A stretch of DNA of 64,000 nucleotides, from positions 50,221 through 114,220 of the forward strand of contig PS015110.1 in the NCBI GenBank assembly GCA_048213135.1. The letters are read 5' to 3'. The notes beneath the pieces are model-generated. The model was given only the letters and a program-made list of their open reading frames with translations. It was not told the origin of the DNA and ran no database searches. Below, one piece after another: positions 60,701 to 64,000 of the stretch. A program made the translations under genes and the position numbers. This DNA comes from Reclinomonas americana ATCC 50394 (taxonomy: Eukaryota). Numbering within the stretch: the first letter of the stretch is position 1; every line of letters begins with the position of its first letter.

Positions 60701-63700
60701 ATGCCGTTGCCGACGGTGAGGGGGACGCCGGCGGCCAGAGTCACGGCCGAACCGAAACTGGTGGCGCCGGCCACCGCCAGCGAGCCACCCAGTGTGGTGG
60801 CGCCGGTGCCGACAGTGAACGGACTGGTGCTGGTCACCGACAGCGCGCCATTGATGGTGGCACCGCCGTTGGCGGTAAGGAGGCCAGTCAGCGTGCTCGT
60901 GCCGCCAATCGTCAGCGTGTTGGTGCCACTGACAGCCACGTTGCCACTGAAAGTGCTGGCGCCGCTGACCGACAGCGTGCCACCAAGAGTGGTGGCACCC
61001 GTCGCGACGGCAAAGTTGGCCGGCGACGCCACCGTGACATTGTCGCTGAGTGTGGTGGTGCCGGAGACGGCGAGTGTGCCGTTGAGAATGGTGGGACCGG
61101 CCGTGCTGACACCAATGTTGCCGGAGAATACGAGATTGCCGACGACAGTGAGACTGCCATTGACGGTGGTCGACGTGGCCGGAATGATCACGGTGCCGCC
61201 ATTGGTGCCGAGCGACACTTGCGTGCCCGACGCCGACAGCACACTCGAGGTGCCGACCACGGCGTCGAGCTTGGTGTTGCCCTTGATGAAGATCTCCGGG
61301 GCCACCAGCGCCATTTGCGTGCGCGTGCCACCGGATCCAACCTCGCCCAGCGTGAGCGAAATGTTGCCGAGGGCGCCGCTCGTGCGCGTAATGGTGATGA
61401 CATCGGAGGCGGGGTTGATGACGACGCTGCCGGCCTGGTTGGCGGCATTGGTGGCCGTCAGCGTAATCGACGACTTGGACGACACACTCATCACATCGGC
61501 GAGAATCGATGCCGACGCGGCATTCGCCGTGCCGTTGGCCGACACCGTGAAGGCGCCGGTGGCCAGCACATTGTGGTTGGTGACACGCGCTGTCAAGTCA
61601 ATGTTACCGGCGACCATGCCGGCACCGATGTTGAAGACGGTGGTGCCGAGTTGATTGATGACAGTGAAAGTGGTGGCCGTCACCGAATGCGTGTTTTGCA
61701 CCACCGCCGTGTACGACGAGCCGGCCACCGACACCGCAGTGCCATTCGGCGCCACGTACTGGCCGAGACGGAGTGTGCCGAGCTCGGAGCCGAGGGTGAG
61801 GGTGGACGGGGTGATGCTGTGCGTGGTGCCCGACATGGTCACCGTCGGTGCCACCAACGAGAAGAGCGACGACGGCGCCACATCCAACGTCGTACTCGTC
61901 ATGCGTGTGTATGGACCTGTGATGCGCAAGCTCGGTGCACCCGACGTGCCTGGCGTCAAATCCGACTCCACGACCACGGTCGATCCTTGCATGGTGACCG
62001 AGGGGCCTGAAAGTGCGCCAATCGCCACTTGGGTCGTGGTCGCCGCCGCAATGCCCATGACGATGCGGTTGCCGGCCAGCGTCAGCTGTGTGGTGTTGAC
62101 GCTCGAGCCGACAATGACCTTCGGGCCGATAACCTGCAGCAAGCCAGCCGTCGTCTGTCCGAGATCGACCAAGTACTGCTGTGCGGCTTGCGTGGCCGCC
62201 AACTGTGCACTCGTGTCGAGAAGCACCAGTTGCGAGGTGGCCGCCAGCACTGGATTCACGCTCAGCGTCACGCCGCCCGAGGTGGCACCCGACGACTTGA
62301 TGGTCGCCTGTCGCGCCAGCAACGAAAACGTGTCGATCTCAGTGGCCGTCGGCGTCTGCACCGACACGGTGCCAGTGGCCTGCAGCGCCAGCGAGTACGA
62401 CTTGAGGGTGATGCTGTTGGTGTTGATCGACGGCACCGTCTGCACCGTAATGGTGCTCGTGGCCGGTTCGCCCACCACGCTTCCATCGCCGCCGATAAGC
62501 ATGGTGGCGGCCTTGGTGCTCCACGCACCCGTCACCAGCGCCTGCAGCGACACGCCACGCGTCGTAATGGTGGTCAACGTCTGACCGAGGGTCAGCGAAC
62601 CCGACGGACGCAGCAGCAGGTTGGTGGGCGTAAAGTCGTACGACGGTCCCACAAACGAGGCCGTGCCACTGGCCAGCGTCATGGTGAAGGGACCGGTGTT
62701 GAGCGCAAACGATGTCGCCGTCGTCATGGTCAGCGTCGGCAACGTAATCGTGTTGTTCAGCGCCACATCCGAGGCCGACAGCGCAAATTGCTTGCTGGCC
62801 ACCGTCACCACCGCGTTCGCCGCATTGCCGAGGTTGACGGCCGTCGGCAGCGCCGCACCGGAACTGCCGAGATTGATGGTCGACGCGGCCGCGGCAGTGA
62901 ACACACCGCCGGCAACCGTCGCGTCCATGGTAATCAGAGGCGCCTTGGCCGTCAGCATCTTGGTGGCGGCGCGCGTGTCCAGATCCAGTGACACCACTTG
63001 CGTCTCGTCAAACAGCTGCATGCGCTGCGTGGTCATGGAGAAGGTGGCCGGCGTCGCCGCTGCACCCTGCTTGACAACCACCGACGAGGTGCCGGTCTCG
63101 TTGAACGACGTCAACGCCATGGCCTCGGCGTTGAGCGTAAAGGAGCGCGACTGTGCGCCACCCGAAGTGCCCGTCAGCAAGTGCGCATTGGCCGCGTACG
63201 TGGTCATGTTGAAGGTGGTGGCGGTGATGGTGTTGGACACGTTTGCCGCCGCCGTCGTGAGCGCGATCGATGTGGTGGTGGCCGTCGTACCAATCGTCAC
63301 CGTTGGGGCGGTGANNNNNNNNNNNNNNNNNNNNCCAGGTGGTGCCGGAGAGGGTGGCCGTCGGGGCGGTGAGCGTCAGCGAGGTGCCAATGTTCATCGT
63401 CACGGTGTTGGAGGCGAGAGTGAACACGGGGAGCGTGAACAAGTTGGTGCCGACGGCCGACCACGCGGTGATGGTAAATGTGCCGGCGTCGGCGGTCAAC
63501 GAGGTGAGCAGGTTGTTGCCGAGGACAATGCTGGTGGTGAGCGAGGCCGTGTTGCCGGCATTCTTGTTCTTGCCAATCTCCACCGCCAAGCCATCCAGGG
63601 TGACGCCGTTCGTGCCATTGGCGCGAATACGAGAGCACTCGACGCGCGCCGGGAACGTGGGATCATTGTCCAGCGTCATGGCGCACAGAGACGAGGTGCC

Positions 63701-64000
63701 GCGCGACATGACCACCGTGCTCGGTGTGCCGGCCGTCACCACCAGTCCCGACACATTGGCGCCAGAGCCAACTTGCATCGAGGCTGCGACGGTGGCCAGC
63801 GCCGTGTATGTGCCGGCATTCAGCGCCACGGTCGTCACCGGCGAAGCATTCGTGCCGATGCGCAGCTGCGTCGTGGCCAACAAGTCAATGTTCGCCGCCG
63901 TCGTGGTCACCAGGGTCGAAGATGTCAGCGCAATGTTCGTGTTGACAATGGCGCCAGCGGAGCCAATCGTCACCGTCGGAGACGCCAGTGTCACTGAGGT
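40322..64000 (-). CDS. Giant beta-repeat fibre protein (tail-fibre/adhesin-like) with C-terminal peptidase S74 chaperone domain; 5' end outside the window
   Basis: Exons: >64000-51078 (three internal gaps), flipped contig 48785-49642 joined to 48327-47639, 46843-46142, 44561-44373, 44306-43459, 42291-41869 and 40831-40322 (TGA). All junctions are GT-AG and phase-compatible. About 15.5 kb of sequenced coding DNA with repeats like GATTLGGTLSVTGATTL. Confidence 0.9.
42464..43401. repeat. Intronic array of 14 copies of an approximately 23 bp core ATCGCTCACTTCGTTCGCTCTCT with variable 35-60 bp spacers
   Basis: Cores start at 42464, 42544, 42608, 42693, 42757, 42830, 42889, 42959, 43036, 43100, 43184, 43250, 43313 and 43379; a degenerate copy lies near 42374. 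Confidence 0.9.
50701..51057. repeat. Intronic cluster of about 5 copies of (T)CGCTCGCTTCGCTCGCTC
   Basis: Copies near 50701, 50788, 50904, 50994 and 51040. Confidence 0.85.

Noticed and set aside
54179-62584. Long + strand ORFs (731, 1757, 563 and 309 aa) rich in V/P/A/T
   Set aside because: Antisense shadows of the GC-rich repeat gene. The minus strand has the continuous frame, splice sites and S74 domain.
40322-64000. Prophage, endogenous giant virus or bacterial contamination
   Set aside because: No capsid, integrase, polymerase or other viral genes nearby. The gene has host-type spliceosomal introns and is contiguous with eukaryotic genes.

Overview
Eukaryotic (protist-like) genomic scaffold with many N-gaps, GT-AG introns and introns full of GA/CT and GAGT microsatellites. 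Manual exon stitching gives about seven genes. A CEP97-like LRR+IQ gene (-) sits head-to-head with an AFI1/MesA-like DENN gene (+), only 93 bp apart. A MATH-USP7-like deubiquitinase whose catalytic Cys reads as Ala appears fused via a coiled coil to an intact Pelle/IRAK/RLK-type kinase (-). Next come a RING-B-box-coiled-coil gene (-), a small hypothetical gene and an ankyrin plus coiled-coil gene (-). The last 24 kb hold a giant intron-containing gene (>5,100 aa sequenced, 5' end outside the window) for a G/T/V/A/S/L beta-repeat fibre. It ends in a peptidase-S74 intramolecular chaperone domain with an intact Ser-Lys dyad, i.e. a phage-tail-fibre-like protein in a eukaryotic gene. Two of its introns carry arrays of a short GAA-hairpin motif. 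Other observations: a MITE-like inverted repeat, a minisatellite built from a splice junction, a recurrent GTTGCG donor, and one misoriented contig. All homology calls are by motif recognition, not database search.
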